From contig JBNKTL010000001.1 of the NCBI GenBank assembly GCA_050298055.1, positions 102,979 through 166,978 on the forward strand: DNA of 64,000 bases. The letters run 5' to 3'. The notes beneath the pieces are model-generated. The model had not been told where the DNA came from and ran no database searches. It saw only the letters and a program-made list of their open reading frames with translations. Position 1 is the stretch's first letter. Every line of letters begins with the position of its first letter. Source of the stretch: Spirochaetota bacterium (GTDB lineage Bacteria; Spirochaetota; UBA4802; UBA5550). Shown here in pieces: positions 1-12,713 of this stretch. The translations under genes were made by a program, and so were the position numbers.

Positions 1-2103
1 CTCCTCGTAATGCCTGATCACCGACCGGGAGAGCCTGGTAAGCTTGTTCAGGATCCACTTATCAATACCGGTGAGGCTTTCGTATTCAACAATATCTTTT
101 TCGGTAAAGTCCGATATGTTTCCAATGATGAACTTGAAGGTGTTCCTTATTCTCCTGTAGGAATCGGCAATCTGCCTGATCATATCCATCCCGATACGGA
201 GGTCGTTCCTGTAATCCTCCGAGGAGACCCAGAGTCTCACGATATCGGCGCCGAACTGTTTGATCAGCTTCTCGGGAGGTATAACATTTCCCATGGATTT
301 GCTCATGGCCTTTCCCTTCTCATCCAGTAAAAATCCATGTGTTAAAACCGTATTATAGGGAGCACGCCCCCTGAGGGCAAGTGCAGGCCAGAGAGATGAC
401 TGGAACCAGCCCCTGTGCTGATCGCTTCCTTCAAGATAGACATCCGCCGGCCACCTGTGGTCATCCCTGTTATCAAGGACAACGGTATTTGATACCCCGG
501 AATCAAACCATACGTCCAGAATGTCAAACTCCTTTACCATCTTTTCGCTGCCGCATTCACACTTTGTTCCTTCAGGTATAAGGTCGCCGATATCTTCCGT
601 ATACCATGCATCGATTCCTTTCTCTGCGGCAACCTCTGAAAATTTCAGTACCGATTCGGCACCCATCAGGTTCCGGCCGCAATCTTCACACCTGAATGAG
701 GGAATTGGCACCCCCCATGAACGCTGCCGGGAGAGACACCAGTCGGGCCGTGACTCCACCATGCTTCTGAACCGGGACTCTCCCCATGAAGGGACCCACT
801 GAGTATTATCAACAGAGGCCATTGCCTTCTCTCTCAGGTTGTCGTGGTCAATGACCATGAACCACTGCTCGGTGGCCCTGTATATCAGCGGCTTTTTGCA
901 TCTCCAGCAGTGCGGATAGGAGTGTTCCACCTCATCCGAATGGATGAGTGTTCCGTTGTTCTTTAACAGATCGACGATCTTATCGTTTGCATCGAAAACC
1001 TTAGTCCCCTCCATCTCGGGAAAGTTGCTGTCAAACCGTCCATGGTCATCAACAGGACAGTAGACATCGAGACCGTTTTCAAGACCGGCAATATAGTCTT
1101 CATATCCGTGTCCCGGGGCAGTGTGCACAATACCAGTACCCTGTTCCAGGGTAACATGTTCTCCGAAGATAACCCGGGACTCCCTTTCGATAAAAGGGTG
1201 GTTGACCTTCAGGGCTTTAATCCGGTCATATGATATATCAATGACTGCATCATGGGTCTTCTCGATCTCTTTTTCAAAACTCTCAATGAGTCCCTTCGCG
1301 AGGATATAATGCTCATCACCAAACCGGTACACCCCGTATTCATACTCGGGGTGAAAGGAGAGAGCCAGGTTTGCCGGCAGGGTCCAGGGGGTTGTGGTCC
1401 ATATAACGGCAAAGAGTTTATTATTATCAACTTCCCCGCCTTTAAAAGATCCGGGGTCAACCTTGAACTTCACGTAAATAGAGGGAGATTTATGGTCATC
1501 ATATTCAACTTCCGCCTCAGCCAGGGCGGTAACGCAAGTAGGGCACCAGTAAATGGGCTTTTTATTTTTCCGGACATAACCCTTCTCAAAAATCTCACCG
1601 AAGACCTTCACAATCGTTGTCTCGTAGTTCCTGGACATTGTCAGGTAGGGATTTTCATAGTCTCCGAATACGCCAAGCCTTTTGAATTCATCCATCTGGA
1701 TATTGACATATTCTCCGGCATATTCCCTGCAGAGCTTCCTGATTTCCACCCTGTCCGTTGTACAGCTTTTTTTCCCCTGCTTTTTTGTTACCTGCAGCTC
1801 AATGGGAAGACCGTGGCAGTCCCAGCCGGGGACATAGGGAGATTTGAATCCCATTGTGGTTTTATGCTTTATAATGATATCCTTGAGTGTTTTGTTTAGA
1901 GCATGACCGAGATGAATATGCCCGTTGGCATAAGGAGGCCCGTCATGGAGTATAAAGAGTTCCGCATCTTTCCTTGACTCCAGGATTTTTTTATAGATAT
2001 TCTCCTCTTTCCATTTTTTCAGGATTTCCGGCTCCCTGTTGGGGAGGTTTGCTTTCATGGGAAAGTCCGTTTTGGGGAGGTTTACTGTTTTTGAATAATC
2101 CAT
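1..2103 (-). CDS. ileS: Isoleucine--tRNA ligase (type 1), 3' end runs off the window
   Basis: Not in the ORF track. Manual translation from ATG at 2103: MDYSKTVNLPKTDFPMKANLP...LHDGPPYANGHIHLGHALNK...PGWDCHGLPIE; VLTHGFLLDEKGKAMSKSMGN (KMSKS equivalent) near 290-345. Confidence 0.97.
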   Translation of the reverse strand, partial: MDYSKTVNLPKTDFPMKANLPNREPEILKKWKEENIYKKILESRKDAELFILHDGPPYANGHIHLGHALNKTLKDIIIKHKTTMGFKSPYVPGWDCHGLPIELQVTKKQGKKSCTTDRVEIRKLCREYAGEYVNIQMDEFKRLGVFGDYENPYLTMSRNYETTIVKVFGEIFEKGYVRKNKKPIYWCPTCVTALAEAEVEYDDHKSPSIYVKFKVDPGSFKGGEVDNNKLFAVIWTTTPWTLPANLALSFHPEYEYGVYRFGDEHYILAKGLIESFEKEIEKTHDAVIDISYDRIKALKVNHPFIERESRVIFGEHVTLEQGTGIVHTAPGHGYEDYIAGLENGLDVYCPVDDHGRFDSNFPEMEGTKVFDANDKIVDLLKNNGTLIHSDEVEHSYPHCWRCKKPLIYRATEQWFMVIDHDNLREKAMASVDNTQWVPSWGESRFRSMVESRPDWCLSRQRSWGVPIPSFRCEDCGRNLMGAESVLKFSEVAAEKGIDAWYTEDIGDLIPEGTKCECGSEKMVKEFDILDVWFDSGVSNTVVLDNRDDHRWPADVYLEGSDQHRGWFQSSLWPALALRGRAPYNTVLTHGFLLDEKGKAMSKSMGNVIPPEKLIKQFGADIVRLWVSSEDYRNDLRIGMDMIRQIADSYRRIRNTFKFIIGNISDFTEKDIVEYESLTGIDKWILNKLTRLSRSVIRHYEE

Positions 2104-2293
2104 CTGGTGCCTCGCTGGTTTTCTCTTCTCTCAGGTTTGATAAGGCTTGCTATTTGTCAATTTTTTTTTGTGGTGAAACCCCTTCTGCGCCAGATGAGCT
2201 TGACTTTCCCGTTGATGAAGAATAAAAAGTCCTCATTCCCGTTATCATGACAATTATTACGTGTCGTCAGCAGATAATAGTATTATCTTATGA

Positions 2294-3004
2294 GTGAAGA
2301 AAATGAATGAAAAGATATTAATCGCAATCCCTTTTTTTGAGAACAGCGGTAACATTACGCCGCTTCTGGAATCCCTTTCCCGCAGTGAATACAGGAACAT
2401 CCTTCTGGTTGATGACGGCACCACAATGGGGATGAAAGATATTCCTGATCAATTCAGCCATGTTAAATATATTGGCCACGAAAAAAGTCTCGGATACGGC
2501 GCGGCATTCCTTACCGCATACAAGTATTCAAAAGATTTCGGTTATGATATCCTTATCACTGTTGATAAGAGCAGTACCGACATCCCCGGAGAGATCATCC
2601 AGATACTCGGCAACATGGAATACGGCTACGACATAGTCAGCTGCAGCAGGATACTGGAAAACTACGACCATAAAAAAATCGATCCCGGCTCTCTTGAGAT
2701 AACAACAATGATAAGTGAAAAGCTCTACAAGGAAATTCACCTTGACCTCACGGACCCCTTTTCCGGAATAAAAGGCTACAGGTTACATTCGCTGGAGAAT
2801 ATGGAACTCACCGAGTTTACTCACAACCTCTTATTGCAGATATGGATACAGGCGGTATATTTTTCACTGGAAATTATTGAGATCCCCTCTGTATCACCCT
2901 CAGGTTTTGGCAGTGAGCTGGACCTCTATGACAAGCTCCCCGACTATTTTATTGATTTTATCGATACTGAAAAATATCTCTATAAGAAGGGAACAATTAA
3001 CTGA
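2294..3004 (+). CDS. Glycosyltransferase family 2-like protein, possibly degenerate
   Basis: IAIPFFE, LLVDDGT, HEKSLGYGAA, LTDPFSGIKGY motifs; DxD position reads TVDKS. Confidence 0.75.
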   Translation: MKKMNEKILIAIPFFENSGNITPLLESLSRSEYRNILLVDDGTTMGMKDIPDQFSHVKYIGHEKSLGYGAAFLTAYKYSKDFGYDILITVDKSSTDIPGEIIQILGNMEYGYDIVSCSRILENYDHKKIDPGSLEITTMISEKLYKEIHLDLTDPFSGIKGYRLHSLENMELTEFTHNLLLQIWIQAVYFSLEIIEIPSVSPSGFGSELDLYDKLPDYFIDFIDTEKYLYKKGTIN

Positions 3005-3134
3005 ACAGGATGGGTCGCAGGTAACATTTATCCTGTCTCGTGTACTAAAGTGTCAATTAACAATTGACAAATCAAAATGACTTACAATAAAAAGAACTTT
3101 TAACTTCTTCAATCTACAGGGTAATATCATCACT

Positions 3135-4829
3135 ATGTCAAAACCGGTCATCGTTCAAAGCGATAATACAATTCTTCTTGAAGTCAATAATCCGGACTTT
3201 GAGACTGCCCGTGATTCAATATCCAAATTCTCGGAACTTGAGAAGAGTCCCGAACATATCCATACCTACCGGATAACACCTCTTTCCCTCTGGAACGCCG
3301 CATCTTCCGGGCTTGGGTACAGGGATATTCTGGAATTCCTGAAGGAACATTCACGGTATGAAATTCCGGACCTGGTACTTGTTACCATTGAAGAGCAGAT
3401 GAAGAGATACGGGCTTCTTAAACTGGTCAGGGAAGATGATCGTTATCTTCTCATGTCCGAAGATCCCGTTCTCTTTTCCGAGATACTGAATCACAGAAAA
3501 GTCATGGATTTCATCGATAAAAGACTTGATGACACAAAGGCCATCCTCAAGCCTGATTCCCGGGGCCATCTGAAACAGGCCCTTATCAAGATCGGTTTCC
3601 CCGTTGAAGACCTTGCGGGATACGAGGAGGGAGACAGCTGCTCCCTGTCACTGAGGTCCACAAGCTCCCGGGGAGTTGAGTTCAGTATCAGGGACTACCA
3701 GGAAAGCGCCATCAACTCCTTCTACCGGGGCGGCGGCCCCGAGGGCGGAAGCGGGGTTGTGGTCCTTCCCTGCGGCGCGGGCAAGACAATTATCGGAATA
3801 GGCGTTATGTCACTCATGGAGAGAGAGACCCTCATTCTGGTAACAAATACCGTTGCCATTCGGCAGTGGAAAGAGGAGCTTCTGGATAAAACCGATCTCG
3901 GTCCCGAAAACATCGGAGAATATTCCGGAGAAAAAAAGGAGATAAAACCGGTAACCATTGCCACCTACAATATCCTGACTTACAGAAAAAAGAAAAACGA
4001 CCCCTTTCTTCACTTCCGGGTATTTAACTCAAAAAACTGGGGCCTCATTATCTATGACGAGGTACACCTCCTGCCCGCCCCGGTTTTCAGAATGACTTCC
4101 GAGATACAGTCAAAGAGGAGGCTGGGACTTACAGCCACCCTGATTCGGGAAGATGGCCTTGAAACAGATGTTTTCAGCCTTATCGGTCCGAAGAAGTTTG
4201 ATATGCCGTGGAAGATCCTCGAGAAGACAAAATGGATTGCAACTGCCACATGTACCGAAATAAGGGTTGAGCTTCCGGAAGAGATAAGGATAAAATATTC
4301 TGTTTCCCGGGACAGGGACAAGTTCCGCCTTGCATCAGAGAACATCAGAAAGTTTCCTGTTACGGAAACACTTCTCGAAAAGCACAGGGGAGCAAATATA
4401 CTGATCATCGGCCAGTATATTTCACAGCTCAAAGAATTCGCGGAGAAGCTGAAGGTTCCTCTTATCACCGGAAGCACTCCCGTTTCCGAAAGGGAGAACC
4501 TCTACAGCCGGTTCAGGAAGGGTGAGATAAAGACACTCCTTGTTTCCAAGGTCGCCAACTTTTCCATTGACCTTCCCGATGCAAATGTTGCCATACAGAT
4601 TTCAGGTACATTCGGTTCCCGGCAGGAAGAGGCCCAGAGGCTTGGAAGAATACTCAGGCCGAAAAAAGGTGACAACAGCGCTTATTTCTATACGATTATT
4701 ACATCCAACTCCGTCGAGGAAAAGTTTGCCCATAACAGGCAGCTTTTCCTCACGGAACAGGGTTATACGTATATCATCAACAATGAAGAGATGTTTGAAC
4801 AGAGCTGTAAGGGAACCTCTATATATTGA
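3135..4829 (+). CDS. Bacterial XPB/Ssl2-like SF2 DNA repair helicase
   Basis: ELEKSPEHIHTYRITPLSLWNA N-domain, LPCGAGKT, DEVH, GLTAT, SGTFGSRQEEAQRLGR. Confidence 0.93.
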   Translation: MSKPVIVQSDNTILLEVNNPDFETARDSISKFSELEKSPEHIHTYRITPLSLWNAASSGLGYRDILEFLKEHSRYEIPDLVLVTIEEQMKRYGLLKLVREDDRYLLMSEDPVLFSEILNHRKVMDFIDKRLDDTKAILKPDSRGHLKQALIKIGFPVEDLAGYEEGDSCSLSLRSTSSRGVEFSIRDYQESAINSFYRGGGPEGGSGVVVLPCGAGKTIIGIGVMSLMERETLILVTNTVAIRQWKEELLDKTDLGPENIGEYSGEKKEIKPVTIATYNILTYRKKKNDPFLHFRVFNSKNWGLIIYDEVHLLPAPVFRMTSEIQSKRRLGLTATLIREDGLETDVFSLIGPKKFDMPWKILEKTKWIATATCTEIRVELPEEIRIKYSVSRDRDKFRLASENIRKFPVTETLLEKHRGANILIIGQYISQLKEFAEKLKVPLITGSTPVSERENLYSRFRKGEIKTLLVSKVANFSIDLPDANVAIQISGTFGSRQEEAQRLGRILRPKKGDNSAYFYTIITSNSVEEKFAHNRQLFLTEQGYTYIINNEEMFEQSCKGTSIY

Positions 4830-5448
4830 GCTTTACTCCCACTCTCGCAATAAATCCGGACATGTTAAATTCAACCCCATCCTTACTGGGATAGATTCCT
4901 CTATAGCCGCCATCAAATGTAAACTGCACATTAGACGCCTGGCTTGGCTGCAGGGAGAATGAGATAAGAACCTGCCAGGCAAAGCCGGAATAGAAGTTCG
5001 TCTGGTCTTTGGATGAATGTGTGCCGGATCCATCGGTATATTCCGGTATTGAATCATCCAGCATCATAAAGGAGTACCCGAGACCGGCAATAAGTGAAGG
5101 TTCCACTGTAATAAATTCTTTGAGGTTTGGAAGCTTCACCTGCGCGTTAAAAAAGAAAGGAAAGACGAATACATTGGTTTCGGCTTTCACATCGGCTGAT
5201 GTCATTCCTATATCCTCTTCACCAAGCTTCCTGTCCCACTGCAGCCAGAAAAAATCCCCCTCAAGCCCTACACCAAAAAAAGGGTCCAGGTTGAAAAAGT
5301 AGTTAAGGCTTATATCGAGCCCGAATTTCTCAGCATCACTGGCATATGATGTCCCGATCTTCCCATTGAATTCATTACCATAGGAGAGGCTCTTACCGGT
5401 TTGAAGGATAACAAGAAAGACTGCCAGAGTTAAAAATAACTTTTTCAT
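4819..5448 (-). CDS. Exported protein, probable small outer-membrane beta-barrel
   Basis: Signal peptide, alternating hydrophobic strands, C-terminal ARVGVKLNI. Confidence 0.6.
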   Translation of the reverse strand: MKKLFLTLAVFLVILQTGKSLSYGNEFNGKIGTSYASDAEKFGLDISLNYFFNLDPFFGVGLEGDFFWLQWDRKLGEEDIGMTSADVKAETNVFVFPFFFNAQVKLPNLKEFITVEPSLIAGLGYSFMMLDDSIPEYTDGSGTHSSKDQTNFYSGFAWQVLISFSLQPSQASNVQFTFDGGYRGIYPSKDGVEFNMSGFIARVGVKLNI

Positions 5449-5471
5449 TTATTTCTCCAGTAAAAAAATAA

Positions 5472-5556
5472 GTAACTACTCAGCCACATATGAATAAAAT
5501 TTCATATTTACTAATAATATCAACAAGATGTCCCTGCCGCCTTTAGTGGCGGACAT
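5472..5556. mobile_element. MITE-like family A copy 1 (left arm plus central hairpin)
   Basis: GTAACTACTCAGCC end at 5472; degenerate hairpin ATGTCCCTGCCGCC-TTTA-GTGGCGGACAT at 5528-5556. Confidence 0.6.
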
Positions 5557-5659
5557 TATTCTATAAGAAATCAGACATAATACTATTCTGTCAAGCAAAA
5601 GTGTTAAATTACAGGGTAAATTATATCAGAGACTTAATTAAATAACTAATCAGAAATAG

Positions 5660-6063
5660 ATATTCACAAAATATTAAATAATTATAAACGATATCTTTAG
5701 CATTATCAACAGAAAATTCCTGTTATCAACAGTTTATCCTCATGTTATTAAAAATACAAATTTTTTTTATTAATTTTTGCCTAAAGGGAATTAATTAGTT
5801 GCAAAATTTTCTCAGGAAATTAATCAATTAAGTGTTTTTCCGCGGGCAATTTTGGTAATTATACAGTCTTTCAACAGAGTAACATGCATATGAGAACATT
5901 AATTGTAGCATTTAAGCAGTAATAGCAATGTTTTTATATTCCTATATGACATAATACATAAGTGTCAAAGAACGATTATAAAATTATTAATACTGAACAT
6001 TAATATACTTATAAACAAAGTTATCAACAAATGTGGATAAATTTATGGTAAAGGTGTCTTGAA
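5660..6063. promoter_or_regulatory. oriC part 1 / dnaA promoter with DnaA boxes
   Basis: AT-rich; TTATCAACA at 5703, 5723 and 6021; TTATCCTCA at 5734; perfect TGTGGATAA at 6032-6040. Confidence 0.85.
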
Positions 6064-7407
6064 ATGATAGATAAGAGCTTAATCTGGGGCAAAGTTCTGG
6101 ATTCCATGCAGACCAATATCAATAAGCAGTCTTTTGATATGTGGTTAAAGGATACAAAGCCGCTGGAGTTCAGCGGTGACACAATGAAAGTTCGGGTTGC
6201 AGACGATGTAGCAAAACGTCATATTTCTGATCAGTATTCAAATCAGATAGAGAACATCCTTGAATCAGTGGCCGGTAAAAGAATGTCGTGTGAATTCGTC
6301 ATCAATAATGGATTCTCCACTGAAGCAGATGAAAATCCCTCGATAAAAATAAAAGAACGATTTTTCACCGGTGAAAATCAGAGATCTGTACACCTTAATC
6401 CAAAATATACCTTTGAGAACTTTATTATCGGTCCCAATAACCAGTTGGCCCATGCAGCTGCCAGTGCCGTAGCCCATGCCCCTGCAACACAGTTTAATCC
6501 GCTCTTTATCTATGGTGCCACAGGACTGGGTAAAACCCACCTCATGCATGCCGTAGGGCATCACATTATCTCTGAGAAGCCCTTTCTCAAGGTCCTTTAT
6601 GTCCCCACCGAACAGTTTATAAATGAATTTATCAATTCCATTATGTCTAACACCCAATCCAGTTTCAAGATTAAGTACAGGGACGTTGATATCCTGTTGA
6701 TAGATGATATCCAGTTTATCGAGAAAAAAGAGGAGACCCAGAATGAATTTTTTCATACCTTCAACAACCTCTATGAAAATAAGAAGCAGATTGTCATAAC
6801 CAGTGACAGACCTCCCAAGCAGCTTTCAACACTGACTGACAGGTTGAGATCGAGATTTGAATGGGGAATGATAACCGATATTCAATCACCTAATCTTGAA
6901 ACACGGGAAGCAATACTGAGGCACAATGCCGAAAGGGAGAACCTCAATATATCCGATGAAGCAATCAACTATATTGCCAGAAGAATAAAATCCACCATCA
7001 GGGCCCTGGAAGCGGCTATCAGCAGGCTCAAACTGGTTTCTTCACATTTTGAAGAACAGATCAATCCCAACCATGCCAAACTTCACCTGAAGGATCTCTT
7101 TGATGACAGTTCAAACAAAAAAGTCACCGTAACGGATATAATGATTAAAATTTCAGAGATTGACGGCATATCAGTCGAAGAGCTTAAATCCAAGAGCCGT
7201 CACAGCAGACTTATCCAGCCCCGGTTTAAAGCAATGTATCTTGTCAGAAAGCTCACGGACATGACCCAGTCAGATATCGGCAAGGAATTCGGAGACAGGG
7301 ACCATTCAACGGTTGTCAATGCAATAAATAAGATTGAAGATGATATGAGGACAAGCTCTGAATTTAAGGAACACATTGAAGATCTCATCGTGGAATTGAG
7401 GAGTTAA
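6064..7407 (+). CDS. dnaA: Chromosomal replication initiator DnaA
   Basis: LNPKYTFENF, NPLFIYGATGLGKTHL, LLIDDIQF, DRLRSRFEWG, IGKEFGDRDHSTV. Confidence 0.99.
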   Translation: MIDKSLIWGKVLDSMQTNINKQSFDMWLKDTKPLEFSGDTMKVRVADDVAKRHISDQYSNQIENILESVAGKRMSCEFVINNGFSTEADENPSIKIKERFFTGENQRSVHLNPKYTFENFIIGPNNQLAHAAASAVAHAPATQFNPLFIYGATGLGKTHLMHAVGHHIISEKPFLKVLYVPTEQFINEFINSIMSNTQSSFKIKYRDVDILLIDDIQFIEKKEETQNEFFHTFNNLYENKKQIVITSDRPPKQLSTLTDRLRSRFEWGMITDIQSPNLETREAILRHNAERENLNISDEAINYIARRIKSTIRALEAAISRLKLVSSHFEEQINPNHAKLHLKDLFDDSSNKKVTVTDIMIKISEIDGISVEELKSKSRHSRLIQPRFKAMYLVRKLTDMTQSDIGKEFGDRDHSTVVNAINKIEDDMRTSSEFKEHIEDLIVELRS

Positions 7408-7655
7408 TTATCTGTTGATAAGTCATTTATTTGATGTTAATTATTCTCATATTTTATGAATAACTTTTTTATTTGACAATTAACTCAAATTAGGATTATG
7501 TCATATTTAATTTATAACAGATTATCCACTTCAATGTTATCCCGTAAATCCTGAACTGTTCAGCGTTTAGTGACTTTATTAACATATCAGGATAGACTAC
7601 TACAATTACTATTAATTAATAATTAATTAATAATATTAATAGCAGGAAAGGCAAT
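7408..7655. promoter_or_regulatory. oriC part 2: DnaA boxes, DnaA-trio tract and AT-rich unwinding element
   Basis: TGTTGATAA at 7413, TTATCCACT at 7522, TTATTAACA at 7576; CTACTACAATTACTATTA at 7597-7614 followed by a pure A/T run. Confidence 0.8.
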
Positions 7656-8774
7656 ATGAGGATTATAACAGCAAAGGAAATACTTTTAAAAGCAATAAAC
7701 ATTGCAGAATCAATTATTTCATCCAAGAGTATTAATACTATACTTTCAAATTGCCTTTTGAATGTGAGAAAGGAATATACGGACGTTATTTCAACAGATA
7801 ATGAAGTGGCAACCGTAAGCAGGATCAAAGCCTCTTCAGATTCGGAAGCATCCTTTACAGTGAACGGTAAAAAACTTTCTAATTTGTTAAAGGAACTTCC
7901 CGATGATGATGTTTTTATTGACGTTAATGAATCACTGGGCATTGATATAAAATCGGCTTCAAAGGATGTAAAAGGCCACTATACCCTTATCGGCGGTTCA
8001 GCAGAGGAGTATCCTGAAGTTAACCGGATAAATAAGGATGAGTCAATCGAGATAGAACAATCTGTTCTCAAAAGTATGATTAAAAAGGTATCATATGCAG
8101 CATCCAATGATACAATTAAACCTGTTTTTAACGGGATATACATGATATCGGAACCTGTGGGGTCCCTGACAGCTGTGGCTACTGATTCACGGCGTCTCTC
8201 ACTTGTTACCCGGGAGATAGACAATGATATAGATATAAGTGAGGGGATCATTGTCCCTCTGAAAACAATTAACGAGGTCCAGAGGCTGCTTGAGTCTTCC
8301 GGCAGATGTCTCTTTTCATACAGCGATAAGAAGTGTTTCTTCAAAATAGGGGAAACAGAGGTTATCTCCCGAATCGTTGACGGTCAGTTTCCAAACTATA
8401 AACAGGTTATCCCCAAAGAACAGAGTATGCAGGCAGTTATAAATACCCGGAAACTGAGTGAATCGGTTAAAAGAGCAATGGTATTTACCCGGGAACCGGC
8501 AAATAAAATTATTCTCACTTTTGGAAAAAAGAAACTTCAGATAGACGCAAGTACACCTGAACTTGGAGAAGCAAACGAGGAGCTGCAGATTGAGTGTAAT
8601 GTAAAAGAAGAGATGTCAATTGGTATTAATGCAATGTTTCTCCTTGATACCCTGAAGGAGATAGATGATGAATTTGTTGTCTGCGGAATAACAGGACAGA
8701 TGAGCCCGGTAACAATTACCTCCGAAAAAGACAAAAATCATGTGTCCGTAATAATGCCCATACAGTTGAAATAA
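7656..8774 (+). CDS. dnaN: DNA polymerase III beta sliding clamp
   Basis: Follows dnaA; VATDSRRLS, SRIVDGQFPNYKQVIP, C-terminal VIMPI. Confidence 0.97.
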   Translation: MRIITAKEILLKAINIAESIISSKSINTILSNCLLNVRKEYTDVISTDNEVATVSRIKASSDSEASFTVNGKKLSNLLKELPDDDVFIDVNESLGIDIKSASKDVKGHYTLIGGSAEEYPEVNRINKDESIEIEQSVLKSMIKKVSYAASNDTIKPVFNGIYMISEPVGSLTAVATDSRRLSLVTREIDNDIDISEGIIVPLKTINEVQRLLESSGRCLFSYSDKKCFFKIGETEVISRIVDGQFPNYKQVIPKEQSMQAVINTRKLSESVKRAMVFTREPANKIILTFGKKKLQIDASTPELGEANEELQIECNVKEEMSIGINAMFLLDTLKEIDDEFVVCGITGQMSPVTITSEKDKNHVSVIMPIQLK

Positions 8775-8820
8775 TAGTTTTCTTGATAGGCCCTTCTTTT
8801 TATTACCGGTATATCCCTCT

Positions 8821-9927
8821 ATGTATATCAAAAATTTAAGTGTTAAAAACTTCAGAAATTACAGGGAACTTGACCTGGAGTTTTCACCGGAAGTAAACTT
8901 TATTACCGGGGATAACGGAATCGGAAAAACAAATATCCTTGAAGCAATTACCATAACATCAAATATTAAATCGTTCAGAAATACACCTGACAGTGAGATT
9001 ATTCTCTGGGGTGAAGAATCCTACTACTGTTCATCTGTCATTGAAAAGAACGATTACAGAAAATTTGAAGTTGGCTGTACCCACATCTCGGACAGGACCA
9101 AAAAGAAAATAAAAATTGAAAGCAGAGAAATAATGAGGGGAACGGATTATTTTGGAAAATGCCTCTCTGTTATTTTTACACCAATGGATATTAACCTGAT
9201 CAACGGGTCTCCCGAGGTCAGGAGAAAGTTCTTCGATTCTGTTCTCTCCAAAATAGATAATGAATATATGGTTAACTTAAGCGAGATGAAAAAAATACTC
9301 CGTTCGAGGAACAGGATTCTCAAGATGATAAGAGAGAAAAGAACGAGCGGAACAGGACAGCTGGATGTCTGGGACAAAATGTTTTCTGAAAAGGTATCGT
9401 TCATTGTAAAGAAGAGAAGAGAATTTATCAAACAATTTGCCGGTCTTTTTTCCGATTCTTACAAAAGTATTGCAGGTGATGATCCCGGCACGGGTATTGA
9501 GTATATATCCTCTACAGCTTCAGATGAGAAAGGGGAAATAATGCAGGAGCTGGGAATAAACAGGAACAGGGATATTGCAATGGGAACAACCGGAACGGGG
9601 CCCCAGAGGGACGACTACATTCTGGTCAGGGACGGCAGGATCTTTACCCATTACGCGTCACAGGGACAGAGGAGAACAGCGGCAATATCCCTTAAGATGT
9701 CCGAGTGTGAGATCATCGAAGAAAAATCGGGAAAGAAATCGATTATCCTGGTAGATGATATTTTTTCAGAACTTGACGGCAGAAGACGGGAAAGAATGGT
9801 GGAAATACTCAACAGGGGAAACCAGGTTATCTTTACCATGGTCGATCCCGGTTCCATTCCGGAAAGAATATATAACGAGAGCATGAAGTACAGGGTGAAA
9901 CCCGGGGGACGAGTGGAAAAATACTAG
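8821..9927 (+). CDS. recF: DNA replication and repair protein RecF
   Basis: NFRNY, GDNGIGKTNILEAI, GPQRDD, ASQGQRR, LVDDIFSELD. Confidence 0.96.
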   Translation: MYIKNLSVKNFRNYRELDLEFSPEVNFITGDNGIGKTNILEAITITSNIKSFRNTPDSEIILWGEESYYCSSVIEKNDYRKFEVGCTHISDRTKKKIKIESREIMRGTDYFGKCLSVIFTPMDINLINGSPEVRRKFFDSVLSKIDNEYMVNLSEMKKILRSRNRILKMIREKRTSGTGQLDVWDKMFSEKVSFIVKKRREFIKQFAGLFSDSYKSIAGDDPGTGIEYISSTASDEKGEIMQELGINRNRDIAMGTTGTGPQRDDYILVRDGRIFTHYASQGQRRTAAISLKMSECEIIEEKSGKKSIILVDDIFSELDGRRRERMVEILNRGNQVIFTMVDPGSIPERIYNESMKYRVKPGGRVEKY

Positions 9928-10163
9928 TGCTGAGCAGCAGTTAAAAGCAGTCGAAATACTGAAGTTTCACAACACGATTTTATATTTTTCAGATATACAA
10001 TTTCTTGACTAAAAGAGGCTCAATATTATCATGGATATAAATTTCCGGTGATAAATTCAGCGAACTATGCTTTCCCTTTACCGGGTAAGGAGTAAAAATA
10101 ATTTTTAATCGTAATAACCGGAAACGTTTTGATCCTGTAATTACCAGATAGTCTATTCATAAA

Positions 10164-10508
10164 ATGAAATTCAGGTTTAGGAACTTCAGGTCAGGTAAAA
10201 CAGTGGAATTCCATGAAGTCCTGCCTGATATTATTAAGGAGCTGGATGTTGATGATTCGTTTGTAATTATTCAGCTAAAGCAGAACTGGGAAAAAATAGC
10301 CGGTAATATTATATCTGCCCACAGCACTCCTGAGAAAATTTACGGAAAAAAACTCTTTGTATCAGTGGATCATCCGGTTTATGCCAATGAAATATCGCTG
10401 ATGAAGAACAGCCTGTTGGACAAGATTAACAGGGTCCTCTCATCCGAGATGGTTAATGATATTAAAGCCGATGTAAAAAAATCCAGGTGGAGAAAGAAGG
10501 AACAGTAA
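10164..10508 (+). CDS. dciA: DUF721 / DciA family helicase-loader protein
   Basis: LKQNWEKIAG..I.AHSTP...KLFVSVDHPVYANEI pattern; lies between recF and gyrB. Confidence 0.75.
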   Translation: MKFRFRNFRSGKTVEFHEVLPDIIKELDVDDSFVIIQLKQNWEKIAGNIISAHSTPEKIYGKKLFVSVDHPVYANEISLMKNSLLDKINRVLSSEMVNDIKADVKKSRWRKKEQ

Positions 10509-10511
10509 ACG

Positions 10512-12649
<2,138 letters not shown>

Positions 12650-12713
12650 GGACTGGATTGAATTGTAAAATCAGAAAATACAAGAATAGAGAGCAGGAAG
12701 CAGGGATAGAAAG

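Noticed and set aside
1252..1899. 215-aa + strand ORF and other small ORFs in 10-2225
   Set aside because: Antisense or out-of-frame shadows of ileS, which occupies 1-2103 on the minus strand.
2104..2293. T-box leader for ileS
   Set aside because: Gap is short, shared with a divergent gene, and no T-box consensus is visible.
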